DNA from: Callorhinchus milii
Lineage: Eukaryota
Length of the DNA: 64,000 nucleotides
NCBI RefSeq assembly: GCF_018977255.1
Contig: NW_024704743.1
Location: 96,474,001-96,538,000 of the forward strand
Direction: 5' to 3'
Positions 37,153-51,845 of the stretch are shown one piece after another (the stretch's first letter is position 1; each line of letters begins with the position of its first letter). A program made the position numbers and the translations under genes. The notes beneath the pieces are model-generated. The model saw only the letters and a program-made list of their open reading frames with translations, did no database searches and had not been told where the DNA came from.

Positions 37153-38056
37153 AAGAACATATGAATTAGGAGCAAGAGTAGGCCATTCGGCCCCTCTAGC
37201 CTGCCCCATCATTCGATAAGATTAGGTCTGATCTTCAGACCTAACTCTAATTACCTGCCCTATCCCCATATCCCCTAATCCCTCTATTTTTTAAAAAATC
37301 TATCAGTCTCAGCCTTGAAGATGTTCAAGGACTGAGCATCTACAGCCTTCTGGGGTAGTGAATTCCATAAATTCACTACCCTCTGAGTGAAGAAATGTTT
37401 CTTCAACTCTGTTCTAAAAGGCTGACCCTTAATTTTAAGACTGTGACCCCTGGTTACTGATTCTCCTACCAGGGGAAACAGTCCCTCAGTGTCTACTTTA
37501 TCAGCCCTTTAAGAATCTTATATGTTTCAATAAGATCTCCCCTAATTCTTCTGCACTCTAGAGAATACAGCCCTAGTTTATTCAGCCTATCCTCATAGGT
37601 CAATCCCCTCATCCCAGGAACTAACCCAGTGAATCTATGCTGCATCCCCTCTGGGGCAAGTATGTCATTTTTTAAATAAGGAGACCAAAACTGCACACAA
37701 TACTCTAGGTGCGGTCTCACCAAGGCCCTATACAGTTGCACCAAGACTTCCCTACTCTTGTACTCTAAACCTTTTGCAATGAACGCTAACATGCTGTTCA
37801 CCTTCTTAGTTGCTTGCTGCACCTGCAACCTAACTTTTTGTGACTGGTGTGCAAGGACACCCAAATCCCTCTGAACACTAACACTATCTAATCTCTCCCC
37901 TCTAGAAAATAATCTGTTTTTCTATTTTTGCTACCTAGGTGAACTTCCCCACATTAAATTCCATCTGCCACCTACTCGCCCACTCCCCGAGCCTATCTAT
38001 AGCCCTTTGCAATCTTTTTGCATCATCCTCAGAGTTTACTCTCCCACCTAGTTTAG
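37153..38056 (-). mobile_element. CR1 LINE 3' fragment (same family as 20612-23375)
   Basis: [19 protein letters not shown]...RRIRGDLIETYKIL; CR1 3'UTR ending near 37153. Confidence 0.9.
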
Positions 38057-39659
38057 TGCCATGTTGCTTTGCCTTTAATGGCACAGCACAGGGCAACATT
38101 GCAAACAATCTGAATTTTCACAGATAAAGCAGGCAGCTTCCCTCATCATCTTTATTTCATTTCCTTTGTGTTTCTATAGCAATATTTGTTAAGATACCCT
38201 TTGGTGGTATACATCAAGAGGTACATCACGTTCATACTTAGCAGCCCCTCAAATAACTGAATCACATATTTTAGCATATTCCCTGCCGTCTATTTTGCAT
38301 AAGCAAGCATAAAATCATTGTTGTAGTCATCAGCTTTGAAGAAATTAACGTAGTCTATGCTAACCCAGCTGCTAATTACAATTCCACAAAAGTTTAAAAC
38401 TAACCAGCGGTATTAAATATTGCCAGGTGGAATTGAATTTAATGATGCAAAATGAATTGCTTTTCATCAGTGACAAGGTGGCTAATTAAAAACAAGGGCA
38501 ATGTATAATAGGGGTAGTAATCATGGACACAGCTGGTTTCGTTACTGAAAGCATTTGTCCTAAATGTTGGATGCTTGAGGCTCTTATATTTGGAATTAAT
38601 TATAATTTTGCCTTCACTGTTGTACTGTCTGGAAACTCCTCGAGGATGTTGGAAGTTAGTCCTGGGATCTTCCTCATTTAAAATGTCAATAAAACGTATT
38701 GTTTTAGAACACCAGTAAATATTTTATTCACAGTTTACTTAGCTGCTTCTGTCCAGCCTGGTAACGAAAGAGTCAAATGAATGCAGTCTTTGCTATTTAA
38801 TACTATGCACTTTGACCAAATCAATACTAGAGTCTAGCCGGACACTCAGATCAATACATTTTCTTAATTAGGCTCAACAGATATCATATGGAAATGAATC
38901 CTACTTGTGGGTTTGCAGATCTTTGTGAATTTACGGTTCACAGGCCATCTGAGATTTTGTACGGTTCTAGAGTAATTAAGTTTATCCTTATGTTGGGACT
39001 TTGAACTTACAGTCCAGGCTGATATCAGCGCAGTGCTGGAGGAATGCTGCATTGTCAGAGGTGCCATCTTTTGGATGAAATATTAAACCAAGACCTTCTC
39101 TATCTGTTCAGTTGGGTGTAAAAAGTTCCTATGAAATTATTCAAAAAGCAAAGTGTATTCTGGTGGCTTGGTTAAAAATCCTTCAGATAAAAGGATCATT
39201 CACTGCACGGCTATTTGTGGTTGGACTTTGCTGGCGTAAATGGTTGGCTTGTACATTTGGCTTTAGAAACAATCTTTTTGATCAGATCAATCCATAAAGA
39301 CTGGCTATAATTTGGTGATTATCATCAGAAGAAAAGTAGAGGGAGAGGTTTAGATAATTTAGATAAATATTAAAATAATTATTTAGATAATTATTTTGGG
39401 AGGACAAGTTTGCAGGGTTATGGGGAGAGCACGGGAGAGTGGGATTGATTTGGATAGCTCTTTTCATAGAGCTGGCACAGACACGATGGGCCGAAAGGCG
39501 TCCTTCTGTGCTGCATAATTTATGATTCTATGAAGAGGCAGAAGATTTTTTCACACAGCTTGTTAGAATGTGGAATAACACCCACCTGGCTGACTCCAAA
39601 TAAATGGCATGTGGTGTCTTTCTTCAATTTAAGAAGAGTTTCCAGGCTTCTGGTTTTAT

Positions 39660-39690
39660 ATTCATTCATTCATTCATTCATTCATTCATT
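39660..39690 (+). repeat. (TTCA)n microsatellite
   Basis: About seven perfect TTCA units. Confidence 0.9.
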
Positions 39691-42164
39691 TTAGATTGCA
39701 CAGGCTGATGTGACCATGTGGGAGTGATATAGGAATGATCCACTTTGCAAGAAGTCTGTTCGGATTTCTTTAGACACTAATGACAGCCTGGTTGTGGGCT
39801 TTTCTTCAGTCTAATAAGTTATGTCATTCAACAGTCTCCCAAAGTGACCTGTTTGTGCCTGACCATGACTGAAATAGAGCTAATTAGAATTTATAGTTTC
39901 AGAAATTCTACACTCAGTTTCAAACCTTACCTTGTGTGCTTTGGAACTGGCATAAAGAGTGTCAATTCATCCACCCTGAAGGGAGATGTCAGACAGCAGT
40001 AACCAAGTAAAGTCTTGTGAAACTCAGATATTCATTACCATGAACAGCTATTTCACCTTTTATGTGATAGATTAGTTTGTTTTTAATTCATTTGTAGGTT
40101 GCTACATAGGATTAAAATGTCCAAAAAGGTACGATAGTTTTATATTCACAAAATCATGGTTTCAGTAAATTGCAGTGCCTCCTTTAATCCCATCTGGTGT
40201 TTACAATTCTAAACAAGCCACATTCTCTGGAGATATCTGCACCGCACAAACTCATTTGTTTGAATGCTCATTACATCTTATAAATTGAAATGAGTTCCCA
40301 ACATTTTAGTAAGACAGATAGAACAGAGGGGAAATCAATAAAAAAACTAATCTTGTTCTCTAAAATTGTGTTAAAACAAATGCTTACCTAAATGACAAGT
40401 CCAATACGTAGTTGGTGTGTCAGCTTGACTCAGTCGTAGGACTCTCAGAAGGTTGGGGGCTCAAGTGTCATGTCGGGAATTGGAATCACATAGTCTAAGA
40501 TGACACACCAATGCAGTGCTGGGGATGTGTTTCATAGTTAGAGGTGCTGTGCTTCAGATGAGATATTAAACTGAGGTCCCGTCTGCTTCTTCACTGTTCG
40601 AAAAGAGAAGGGAATTTCTCTCGATGTCCAACTCATTAATGTCATGGTAATGTGTGGGGTGTTGTTGTGTGCAAATTGACTATTGCATTTATCTTACAAA
40701 AAACAGGCAGTCATCACAGTTTACAGCATATTCTGTAAAGCAGTTTGAGACCTTCTCCTGCTATGAAAGGCGCAATATCAAATGTAAGCATTATTTTTGT
40801 AATAATGTAACCATTAAGTAAATAACTTTTAGACCCATTGCAATTTGTCTTCCCTAGTAATATTCTATCTGCCAATAAGAAAAAAAGTAACTCTGACTTT
40901 GTGAATTAAAGCTAAAAAAAATTCATAAGCTTTATGTAATAGCTTCTGAAACACCTAAATATGTAATAGTGTACAAGTGTGAAGACTTCACATGAGTCTC
41001 GAAAAGCAGACATCTTTAATCTTGATAGAGCTACTTAACATTGACCTGCAAACTATTTACATCAAATCATTGAAATAAAATATTGCAGTTCTTTTGGAAA
41101 AGTGTGTTCACTTGATGGATCCCATAAACTGATAAATATGTAAATTGGAAATTCTCACTGCAGAGAATTTTTAAAAAAAATTCATTTATTTCAGATAATT
41201 CAATATGTTAGATACCTTCCACCTCCTCTCTTAATGAAAATAGATATTTTTGAAAACATCTTGAATATGATACTTTAAGTTTAAAATTATGTGATTAACC
41301 ACAGTCTCTCATGAATTATTAAACTGTAGGTTAAAATATAAAATAATGCATAAAAATGTGCAAAATGTAGTGTGTGTTGAATTTATAATGTAGATAGTTC
41401 AGTTCAGGTTAACATATATTGATATATAAATGCCAAAACTATGTAAATCAAGGGATTCATAGTTATTGAAGACTTATGCTCTCTCAGTATGGACTTCTAA
41501 TCCTATTTTGATTATACTTTAGTGTGTGTTTCGATATTTCCTTTTCAAAATGTCTAAAATGGTTTTACATTTCTATTTTCTCTACTTGCAGGTTACCATT
41601 TATTTTGGCTCAACTGGGTGTCCGACATATGCGGAAACCCATTCCCATATATAAGAGTGCTCAAACTGGACTGAGAGTTCCATGTATGCATGGAAAATTC
41701 CCTTTGTTTGGAATGGAGTGTGAATTTCCTCTCTGGAAGGATGCATGCTGCTTATCTAATCCCAGAAAGTATTAGGCAAAGATTGGCAAGAGCCAAGACA
41801 TGGGACCTGTTTGTCCAGCTAGAACAAGAGCCTGATTAATGTGCAGTTGGCGTACTGTTTAAAATATTAGATATTACAGTATAGAAAGGACATCATAGGC
41901 ATGGCCAAGGTAAAGTGTAAACTCACTTAGATAATAATAACAGAGGTGCAAGGTTATAATTATATGGAGAGAATTGTTTTAATATAATTTCATATAATTT
42001 CCTTAAAGCTACACCTCACAGTTTTGTAGCTCTTTTGTAGTTAGCCTTTCACAAAAGCTGTGTTCAAACTTCTGAGGCATGGAACATAACCTATTTTATA
42101 AGAACAATATTTTAAAATGTCCCCCAAAAATCTGACAAGCCCCTGAGCATGTGTGGGTCATGAG

Positions 42165-42312
42165 GGGAGAGTGAGAACGAAAGGTGTGAGTGTGAAAGAG
42201 AGGGGAGAGTGAGAACAAAAGGTGTGAGTGTGAGAGAGAGGGAGAGAGCAAAAGATGTGAGTATGAGACAGAGTGAGAGCAAAAGATGTGCCAAAGGGGG
42301 AGAGGGAAGAGA
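42165..42312 (+). repeat. Degenerate GA/GT-rich tandem repeat
   Basis: Units of GAGAGTGAGAACAAAAGGTGTGAGTGTGAGAGAGAG type, about four copies. Confidence 0.75.
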
Positions 42313-45300
42313 GATTGCAGTCCTGCCTATTGCCCAACCTGGGATGGGCCAATGCCCACTAGAGTGAAAATATGCTCCAGCAAATATTACATCAAAATAT
42401 ATTGGAATTTGCAGTTTAATAAAATATATCTTATTTTTTCAGTTAGATTATTATCATTTCCTTTATGATAATTTAATTCAACAAGAATCAGTTTCAATCT
42501 TTGCTACCTGGGCTGGACTTTAATTAATTTGTATCAAAACTAAGAAGAAATTGAACCATGTTTGACCGTGAAATATTCATGAGTATTTAATTTTAGAGGT
42601 TTTGTCACTCTTAATCAGTGAATTTAAAATCATAATTTATTAGATGTCCTCACAAATTAGAGCCTGATAGATAAGATTGGAGACATTCTTACCATTTCCC
42701 CCCAAAGGACTTGAATTTGGCCTTTCAGTGTGAAGATCATGTTTCTGCTTAGCTAGAAAAACTTTTCATATGTATATATGCACTTTACATTCTGATAAAA
42801 CTGCAATGTGTACATAATTTATATACTTGGTGCCAGGAAGGATGTCTATGATATCTGCAGAGATCAGTATTAAGTCTTGTAATTCCTTAGAGAACAAAAC
42901 TTCCATCTTTGGGTCCATTCTAACTGTTTGGGTCATGAATTCATTTACATTCAATTAGGAGTGGCACACCGCTGAAGACTGGGACGGTGTTGTGTAATGC
43001 TGCCTGGCAAATTGAGAGGCAGATTAATGAACCTGCATATAATCCTTGCATTATAATCCTTGCATTTTGATGTAGCATCTTATCAGTGTCTGGAGAAGCA
43101 CTTCACAAATTTTTGCTGTAGTGTAGTGACTTTGTATTTGTGGACAGCAATGTCCCACAAACATCCATGAATGACCATTCTATCTGGGGAATTGTTGGCC
43201 AGGCCCCAGGAGAAATTCCCTTCTCTTTTTGAATAGTACCATTGGATCTTTAACATCCACCTGAACAGGCAGAAAGGACTTTGTTTTTATGTCTCATCTG
43301 AAGAATGGCTCTTTATGACAATGCAGCCTTGCACTGCACTGGAGTGTCAGCCTAGACGGTAGTTCTAAGCCCTGATTTGGAGTTTGAATTCATAAATATT
43401 ATGACTCAGATGCTGCCTCTACTCAGCAAACACAGGGCTACTTCACATCCCCCATCTGCTCTGCCCTATCATTGGTGGATGAGGCTTCAGTCACTCTACC
43501 ACCACTCTCTGGAACTCCTTCCTATATTCCTTCTGCTTGCTCCCTCCCTCTCCACGCTGGGGATTCCCTTTATTGCTCTGGGGACATAAGATTCTCTACC
43601 TCACTGAAACTGAGATATCAGTATTATATTGAAGAGGCTCTAGTATTTGTGATTGAGAGAGTACTCTGCCCAACCTAGAGTAGTCACCTCCAGCTAAATA
43701 ATTAAAGACTGACTTTGAATACTGAGAGTTAATTAGAATTGTACACTTTCCCCAATGACATCAATTAAGCTACATATTACATATGTTTCAAGGACAGCTG
43801 GCAGCTTGTAGATTTGATGAGCTTATTATTACATTATTTGCAATGGCAACACATAAATCCTTTGTGAGCAAACCTGCTTTCTTAAGCGGAAACATTCATG
43901 ATGGGCTCTTTGAAATTTCCTGAGGCATTTTATTTACTCAGGCTATACAGTTTCTTCTCTAGATTTTAGATACAACAACAACTTGCATTCATATAGTGGC
44001 CTTCACATAGGGTAGCACCTTGGAGCACTTTAAGGAACGGGGGTTGGCTGCTGAGCAAGGGAGAGGGGGAAGGAGAAGGTGGCCAAAGGCACAGTTGAAG
44101 AGGTTGGATTTAAGTGGGAAAGAAACAAAGAGAAGGAGAGAGATGCACTGGTAGAGGGAAGGAGTTTGAAAGGCTAGGTCAATAAGAATGGAAGACTTGG
44201 CCACCAATTGTAGTGGGGAGAGAATGAGGGAACGCATAACAAGCCTGAGTTAGCTGAGCAGAGATAGCAAATGGAGTAATAGGGTAGGAGAAGAGAAGAG
44301 AGATAAGGAAGTGCCAGAGAAGATGGATTTGTAGCTGAAGGTGAGGATCTTGAAATCGATACATGCTTACATGAATAGTATTATTTTTAGCACATTAAGA
44401 AATTTGGATGAAATAATATTTGTGTTGCTGCTGAATTTTTAAAAGGCTTTGGAAATCTCAAAGTAATAAATTGCCCAGATATTTTAATAAGGATGAAATT
44501 GGTTTTTAACATAAAACCAAAGAGTGGTTTGGATAAAAATGTCCCTTTAGCCTATTGATAGCACAGAAGCATAGAAAATACAACACATAAGGGAGCCATT
44601 CAGGATACAAATAAGCAGTCACTATATTTTATAGTGTGTCCAACCCAGTATTGATAGGAAGAGTCTGTCATTCAGACGTAAACCAACTTGGTGGAGTGAT
44701 CATTATGTCTTATCTTCTGCAATGTGCTTATTTGTGTACAGATGAATGCAAGACTATTAATGAGAAGAATAGTCTGTTTCAGCCTGGCCTGGTTCTGAAT
44801 AACAATTTTTCTCAAAAATACCTTGTGTTCCTGTCTGTGAAGTTGAATCTTTGATTAGTTCCCTCTTCAAAGATTATAAAGAATGACAACACTAATTTCA
44901 GTGGCTTTCCATGTCAATGTTGAAACACTTTTCAGGAAATGAAGCAAATTCCCAGTATAATATAAATTCCAGCAACTGTTTGTAACTAAATTACAGCTGT
45001 CTGTATTTTTTCTTGCGATGACAAAAAGTCATTTTCTGTCAAAATAATGTACTGTACTTATATTTTTGAAACATCTATAATATAAAATCTCACAGTGTTT
45101 CATGATTAAATGTTACCTGATTTCTGTAGGCAAATGTAGCAGCCATTTGGCAAAGTCCACCAACAGCCAGTTCATCTGGAGGATTATTGGCCAGGACAGC
45201 AGGAGAAATGCCCTACTCTTTCCCAGTTGTGTCATGCGATCTCTTATATCCCCTGATTAACGGGAAGTTAGTTCCTCAGTTTAATGCCTGTTCTGAAAGA

Positions 45301-47480
45301 TCCAAAAATGCAGAATGCGTTCCATAAGTACTGCATGTCGCCTCAGAAGATTATTATGAGTTCAATCTGCAAGTTGAGTATCAACTCATATAGTCTTCTG
45401 AGGCGAGGGAGCTACCAACTGAACAAGCAAATCTAAGAGTCAATCAAGTCCATGTCATGCACACCTTGCTTACAGGCTGGGGAAAGTTGCATTTATACTA
45501 CCAAACAAGTTCACAATATTTATCCATATTAAATTCCACCTACCATTTTTTATGCCATTAATTGCTCCACATCTGTCTTCAAATTAGAGAACACTCAACC
45601 AAAATCTTTCTCAATGCAAACCTCAGAACATCCTCGGTGTAAACCGAGCAAGTATATAGATGATACAATGGTTGTAAATTACTATTCACGGTAAATAGCT
45701 GCTCAGGTCATTGAATATTGGTTACATGTTATATCCTTCTGTGGCATTTATACTCAGTGCATTCAAGATCTACTGCTCATCGGCATGATTGATTTAAGAA
45801 CTCTGTAAAGATTCTCTTTTTGTCTGTCTTTATTTGCTTAAATCTCAGTGGTGTTAAAGATAATAATCAAAGAGATATTATTGTATGAAGTTAGAGTTTG
45901 GCATTTGATTTCTGAGCTGTGGCATCCTGATGTTTCGGACAAGTGCACACTTGTGATCCAGAACATTTCAAGTATGAATGAGTGAAGTATCCGCATTGTA
46001 CAATACTAAGAATTCTCCTCAGAGGCAATTTCTAAGATTGTTACTGTGATAAATGTGATTCCAGACAAACTATTGAAAGCAGGCTTCAGGGTTAAAATGT
46101 CCATCTGATTGGATAGTAATAGAGAATATCTTTAGGGTATAACTGTTCCTTGGTAAAAAAGGTGATTGCTGATACCAAATGTTAAAAGTAAGAGATGCTT
46201 TTCCCTCATTGAATTGTTGATTTATCCTCACTATTTGGAAAATGATGGATGACAAAGAATAGATGGCTCCTAATCTAAAACTTCAGTTTTTTATCTATCA
46301 GATTTACTCAATTTAGGTTATGGTCCCTTGGCACAACAAACTCTTCTCTCTGTGAAGTTGCTTTGGTAAATATCTGCTTCAAACTAGTTGTAGAACCATC
46401 ATTAATGTGAGGGACTTGGTATGTTTCTACATTAGTGAACTTCTGGGAAAGTGCAGTTTGATTTGAACTCTTGTAAAAATTCCTTTCCCCACTTCAAAAT
46501 TCTATCTGAAATTTTTGACCAAGGGGAAAATTCAGGAAAGAAAACAGTAGTTAATGTTATTCAGGATTGGACTTGATCTAACTTGTTCCTAATATGTTGC
46601 AACACCATGTGCAAACTTTGTATCAATGCAATGCATACACATTCCCATCTCTTTGAAGATTGGATGTGCATAGACAGATCAGGTGCAGAGCAGGGCATCT
46701 TAGTAATCCTTCACACCCACAAGTACCATCATGTTTGACAGTTGTCTAAATCGTGGTCACAGTTTGTCTGCAGTGAGTCTACATTGACAGTAGTCCAGGG
46801 CAAAGCTAAACTTGTCGGTGTCACAACAGATGCTGGCCACCAATTCTGCCAGGCAAAACCCACATCATTTAGGGGTGTGTGGAAACATCATGGATTTGAG
46901 ACAGTTTGCCTCATGTAATGTTTGTGGAGTTTCAAAACTAACAGCAGCATTAATTGACATTAATTGCATCATATTTTGAATATAGAATAAGGGAATTAAT
47001 TTATAATTTTAGGGCAGAAAGCTTATGAATTGAATACCTTGGTAAAATAGTTTGTGCCAATCACATTGAATGGCGAGCATTTAGAATGCTTTTGCTGGAC
47101 ACAGCAGAACATTTCAGTGATCCTACTCTGGAGTGAAGTTGACATGAGTTGGATACTTGGCTTATTGAAGAAACGTCTGAATGTCTAAAGGGAAAAAACA
47201 TTAATGCAGGAGAACGTCAATGGATTGATGGACCTTACGTGATGTCTTTCAGCAGATGTTTTGTCAATAATTCTTTGTCGTCTAGCTGATTACTGTTAAA
47301 GGTATTACAGATTGAAAATAAGATTGAATTCTACTGTAAAGGTCTGAAAAACGTGAGTGTAATATTGTAATTACTATGCAATAGAAGGAAACATTCACAG
47401 AACCATTGAACCATTATATTGTTATTCACTGGATTAGGATTAGATGCAAACAGGAAGAAAACATTCTTTTAGGGGAATGT

Positions 47481-47495
47481 GCTGCCACCTGGTGG
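47481..47495 (-). promoter_or_regulatory. CTCF motif match
   Basis: Reverse complement CCACCAGGTGGCAGC fits the CTCF core consensus. Confidence 0.55.
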
Positions 47496-49569
47496 ACAAT
47501 CATTTCTATCATTGCTAGTTTTGAAACACCACAACTACTATCACTCTTACTAGATTTAAATTTTCATAAGAAGGTAATTTTTCAGGTGAATTTAAATACA
47601 GAAAGGAGGAATGAGGTCAAGGTCCCATATTGTGACCTTGACCTCACAGTCTAGTCTGACACTCCAATGCATTGGGACATTCTTCCAGTGCCTTGGGACG
47701 TCCTCCTGATGTGAAATGTACTACACAAATGTAATTTGTCGTTGTTGCAACATGGTAGGAGGTGTTTCAGAGGAGAGGTTCGCCGACAAATATACAGTCA
47801 CTAAACTTTACAGTAAATCCTATGAAGGGTTTGAGACATTTTGAATATGATGAGGCACTATATCAAATGCAAAGATTATTATTCAAATACTTAAAATATT
47901 GCACAATAGATGTTTTGTGCCTGAAAAAGAGGATGTTGGAAAGATTAGGTCTTCTGGGTACTTTTAAATATGTTTTGCTGAAAGCTTAATTAAGATTGAA
48001 GCAGCTACATTGATAATAATCCTTGCATTTTTATATCACCTAGAAAGTTGAAAAGTTGATATGTAATTACTGCACAAAGCAAGATCCCACAAACAGCCAG
48101 AGGTGAATCATCAATTAATCTGAGAGATTGTTGGATAAGACCCTAGTAGAAACTCTCTGTTTTTGAATAGTATAATGCGATCTTTAATGTACAACTGAGC
48201 CTTTCAAAGTAAGAACTGAGCCTGAACTGTGGAGTATAAGATGAGTTTATTGTAAGGAACAACAGCCTCAAATCTCCCAGTGAGGGAAAGTTCCTATCCA
48301 TCGAGAAAAGCTACACATGAAGATCTTGCGACAGGGGATATCTCAGGGTTTAACAGCACAGGCATCTCAATGATTAAAATAGAAGCCGCAAGTATCTCCC
48401 AAGGCAGAAAGTACATAATGTTTTCTAAAAGAACATTTGAAAGCAGCAATTAAAGAACTTGCAGTAATTGATGCTGGTAGCTAAATAAGTCAACAAATGG
48501 ACCTTTCTGTAGCCTTGAATCCTATTGCCTGTTGGGTACTTAACAATGGCGAGAGGCAAAGGAATATCTAACTGTGTGCAGTAATGGTGGCCCATTATAG
48601 GAAGCAATGCCTTCCACCTCTTCTATTTCTATTAACAACTGTGACGGAAATCCAAACCCCATGGTTAGTTTGGTCAATATTAGATATCCATATCGTATAG
48701 TACTTGTGAAGTTGCTAGGTTACTAGCAATGTGATTTATGTATGCTGTGCAGCTAAATCACCTTGTTAATTTCACTGCTTGCACACAACTGCATTTTTTT
48801 GCCAGTAGCCATAATCCATGTTGATATTTTTGTACAGCCTAGGACAGAGAAAGCGATAAAACGTGAAAGAGAGACTCACAGAAAGAGAGAGAGAGAGAAA
48901 GACAGCAGTCGTGGTCAGTCTCAAAAGACAACCAAAAAGAGACAGAGTAAAATAGAAACAGGCTCCGTTTTATTGGAAATCAGGCAAGAATCCTAACTCC
49001 CTTTGAAAAGATCTCTTAACCCTTTGAGGTTAGTATCAAAAGGGTTTGGGACATTAGATAGGATTTTGTTCATCAGCCTGCTCTTGCTGAAAGTGGGAGT
49101 TGCTACTGGTGTGAAGTCGCTTTGCTGAGTTTTTGGATGTGGTTAATGTGGCATTTGTTTTAATTGTAGCAGTTATCATGTGGAACCGCCCCCCCCCGCC
49201 CCCCACAGGGCCAGGCAAATACAGATACACATGGAGACACTCACTATATCACACACACACACACACTTAATCTGTGTGTGTGTGGTAGAACAGAACAGAC
49301 GTAGAACAGCAACACAACTATGGAGGCTCATGAGCAATGTCTGCCTCCCCTCTTTCCGACCTGCACACTCGCAATCCTCTCCAGCTCTAACCATTAACCA
49401 GTTTCTCCCTCTCGCACACCCATGTATGAATGTACTTGGAGTGGCGTCTCTGAGTGCTTTGCAGTGCTGGGGGAGTGGAGTGCCAGGGTGGCATCTCAGA
49501 GTGCTTTGCAGTAACTGTGAAGGTCATTGGCATCCAAAACTTTCCTGTGATGAGTTTATTCCAGATATT

Positions 49570-49948
49570 GTGGAGTTCTGTAGCTCAGGATTACAGCACT
49601 CGCCTCGCGATTGAGAGACCTGGGTTTGATTCTCGACAGGGCAAAATATTGGGCAAGTTTCCTTACTCCACATGCCTCTGTTTACCTGGCAGTAAGTAGG
49701 AACCCAGTTGTTAGTTGATTGGAGGATCACTCTTCTGGGGGTAATAATTCCTTCAAAAAAATATATAAATAAATTGGTAATTTCAGTCCACAACTGTTTG
49801 TGGGGCACTGCTGTGCGTAATTGGCTGCTGCCTTTCGCCCACAAAATATACAGTCAATTCACTTTACAGTATATTCTGTGAAGCACTTTGAGACGTCTAG
49901 AAGACGTGATAAGGCACTATATCAAATGCACAGATTATTACTATTATT
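49570..49948 (+). mobile_element. tRNA-headed SINE, long form (extra ~70 bp after the CORE-like box)
   Basis: Insert GCCTCTGTTTACCTGGCAGTAAGTAGGAACCCAGTTGTTAGTTGATTGGAGGATC; also at 28900-29267(-), 31680-31850(+), 3820-4066(-). Confidence 0.88.
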
Positions 49949-51409
49949 GTTTGGGGATACAGTCACCGCCACCAGCATCACCATCAGCTAATGCTTTATG
50001 TCTGGATCAATGCAACAGGTTACAGGAGCCTTACCCTTTCAGGGTAAAAAATAGCAATACCTGTTAGAGCAAGAAAATCCTCAAGTCACTAAGTGTAGTA
50101 ATAATATTAATAATTTAAGATTAACAAAATATTAATAGCATTGATACAGTGTCTAATTACATCAGTGAGATGTCTCAAAGGGCCTTACAAACAGCCACAT
50201 ACCGCTAACTGAGACTGCTTTCCTTCATCTCCGTCACATTGCCTGCCTCCAACTGTACCTAACACCCAATGCAGCTGAGACCCTTGTCACCTTCCACCTC
50301 AATTATTCCAATGCCCTCCTTTCCAGTTTCCCTAGCTCTACCATCCACAAAATGAAACTAATCCAGTACCCTCAATCCCATCAGTCCTCGCCAGGTCCCA
50401 CTGGCTCTCCCTCACAGAACGGATTGACTTCAGGATCCTCACACTTGTCTACAAGTCCATTCACATGCCTCTCCGACCTGCTTATTCCCCACTCCACCAC
50501 TCCCCACTTCCGCTCAACTGGATCTGGCCTCCTGCTTGTCCTTCCCCTCCACCATCGGCGGCCGTGCTTTCGGCCAATACCCCCCGATGATTTGGAACTT
50601 TCTCCCTCACTCCCTCTGCCTTGTCCCTCCCTCCTCACCTTCAAATCTCACCTAAAGACCTACCTTTTTATATTAATTTATATTATACAAGGAACAGTAT
50701 GCACTTTCTTGCTCAGAAAAAGTGTAACTCATTGCGAATGATGGCATTGTCTTTTTCACCTGTCAATCATGGACTGCTTTGTTCTCCAAAACTCCATTGG
50801 GAATCTCCTGATGTGTTTCCCTGTCGTTTTGCCATTTACAGCAATTTTACAATCATATTGAATTCAATTTCATTCAATTCAGGTTCTTCTGCACTGTGGG
50901 ATTTGTTGGAGGTTTGATTAAATTGTTCAGAGTGAACAAAATTGTTCAATTCAGTTGTTTGGCCTTAATCACATAGCCCTGAGATAAACAACTAAGATCA
51001 TTGGAAGTAATTCATTTTGTAATCTTTAATGAGCAATGAAGAAGTAACGGTAGTCAGTGTCTATGATTTCATTTGTAACTAAAAGAGTTCACTCATACAT
51101 TAGACTTTAGTTACTTAGTAAATTAGCATTGTGTATAATATAATAAATACGATAAAATAGTCAATATACAAGAAACAATCACAACTTGCATTTATACAGC
51201 GTCCTTCACGCAGGATAGCGTCTTGAAAGCTGTATAATGGTGGGATCAGATCAGCCCTTGACTTCCCGTCCAGTCAAATACAATGCAGGAATTCATTGTT
51301 GGCAGGTGGGTGGGAAGGGGCTGACACTTACTTGCTGAAAAGGAGCAAGTGCTCTGGGAAACTATCCTGTGTGAGGGGCACTATATAAATACAAGTGTTG
51401 CTATATAAA

Positions 51410-51845
51410 TGCAAGATCTTGACTTCAAGATCCTCGCACTCGTGTTCAAAGCCATTCACTCCCTGGTAGTCTCCAATCTCCTCACTCCCCAGTCAACCAC
51501 CCGGCGCCTCCGCTCGACTGGCACCAACTTCCTGCTCGTCCTTTGCACCCTCTGCCCCACCATCGGAGGTCATGCTTTCAGCCACTACGCTCCAAAACTC
51601 TGGAATACTCTCCCTCAATCCCTCCACCTTGCCCGCGCTCTCCCCTTTTTCAAGACCCGCCTGAAAACTTACCTCTTCGACCGTGCTTTCGGCCACCTCC
51701 CACCTCCCACCGGCTCGGAATCAGCCTCTGTCACTGAAAAATTGGCAAGAATGAATTTTCAATAAACTGTTGAAATACATCTGGGACGCTACCCTGCGTG
51801 GAGGGCACTATATAAGTCAAGTTGTTGTTGAAGTTGTTGTTGTTG
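51410..51845 (+). mobile_element. L2 LINE 3' fragment (other old L2 pieces at 12492-12675, 17495-17980, 43970-44365(-), 50205-50670, 62075-62270, 63470-63672)
   Basis: DFKILALVFKAIH...GGHAFSHYAPKLWNTLP...FKTRLKTYLF and (TTG)n tail. Confidence 0.82.

Noticed and set aside
42165..42312. CRISPR-like repeat-spacer array (also 12880-13040)
   Set aside because: Vertebrate DNA; degenerate low-complexity tandem units without unique spacers or cas genes
48840..49300. Promoter or first exon of another gene (GA repeats, GC box, gttagt donor-like site)
   Set aside because: No CpG island or linked coding exon; consistent with simple repeats
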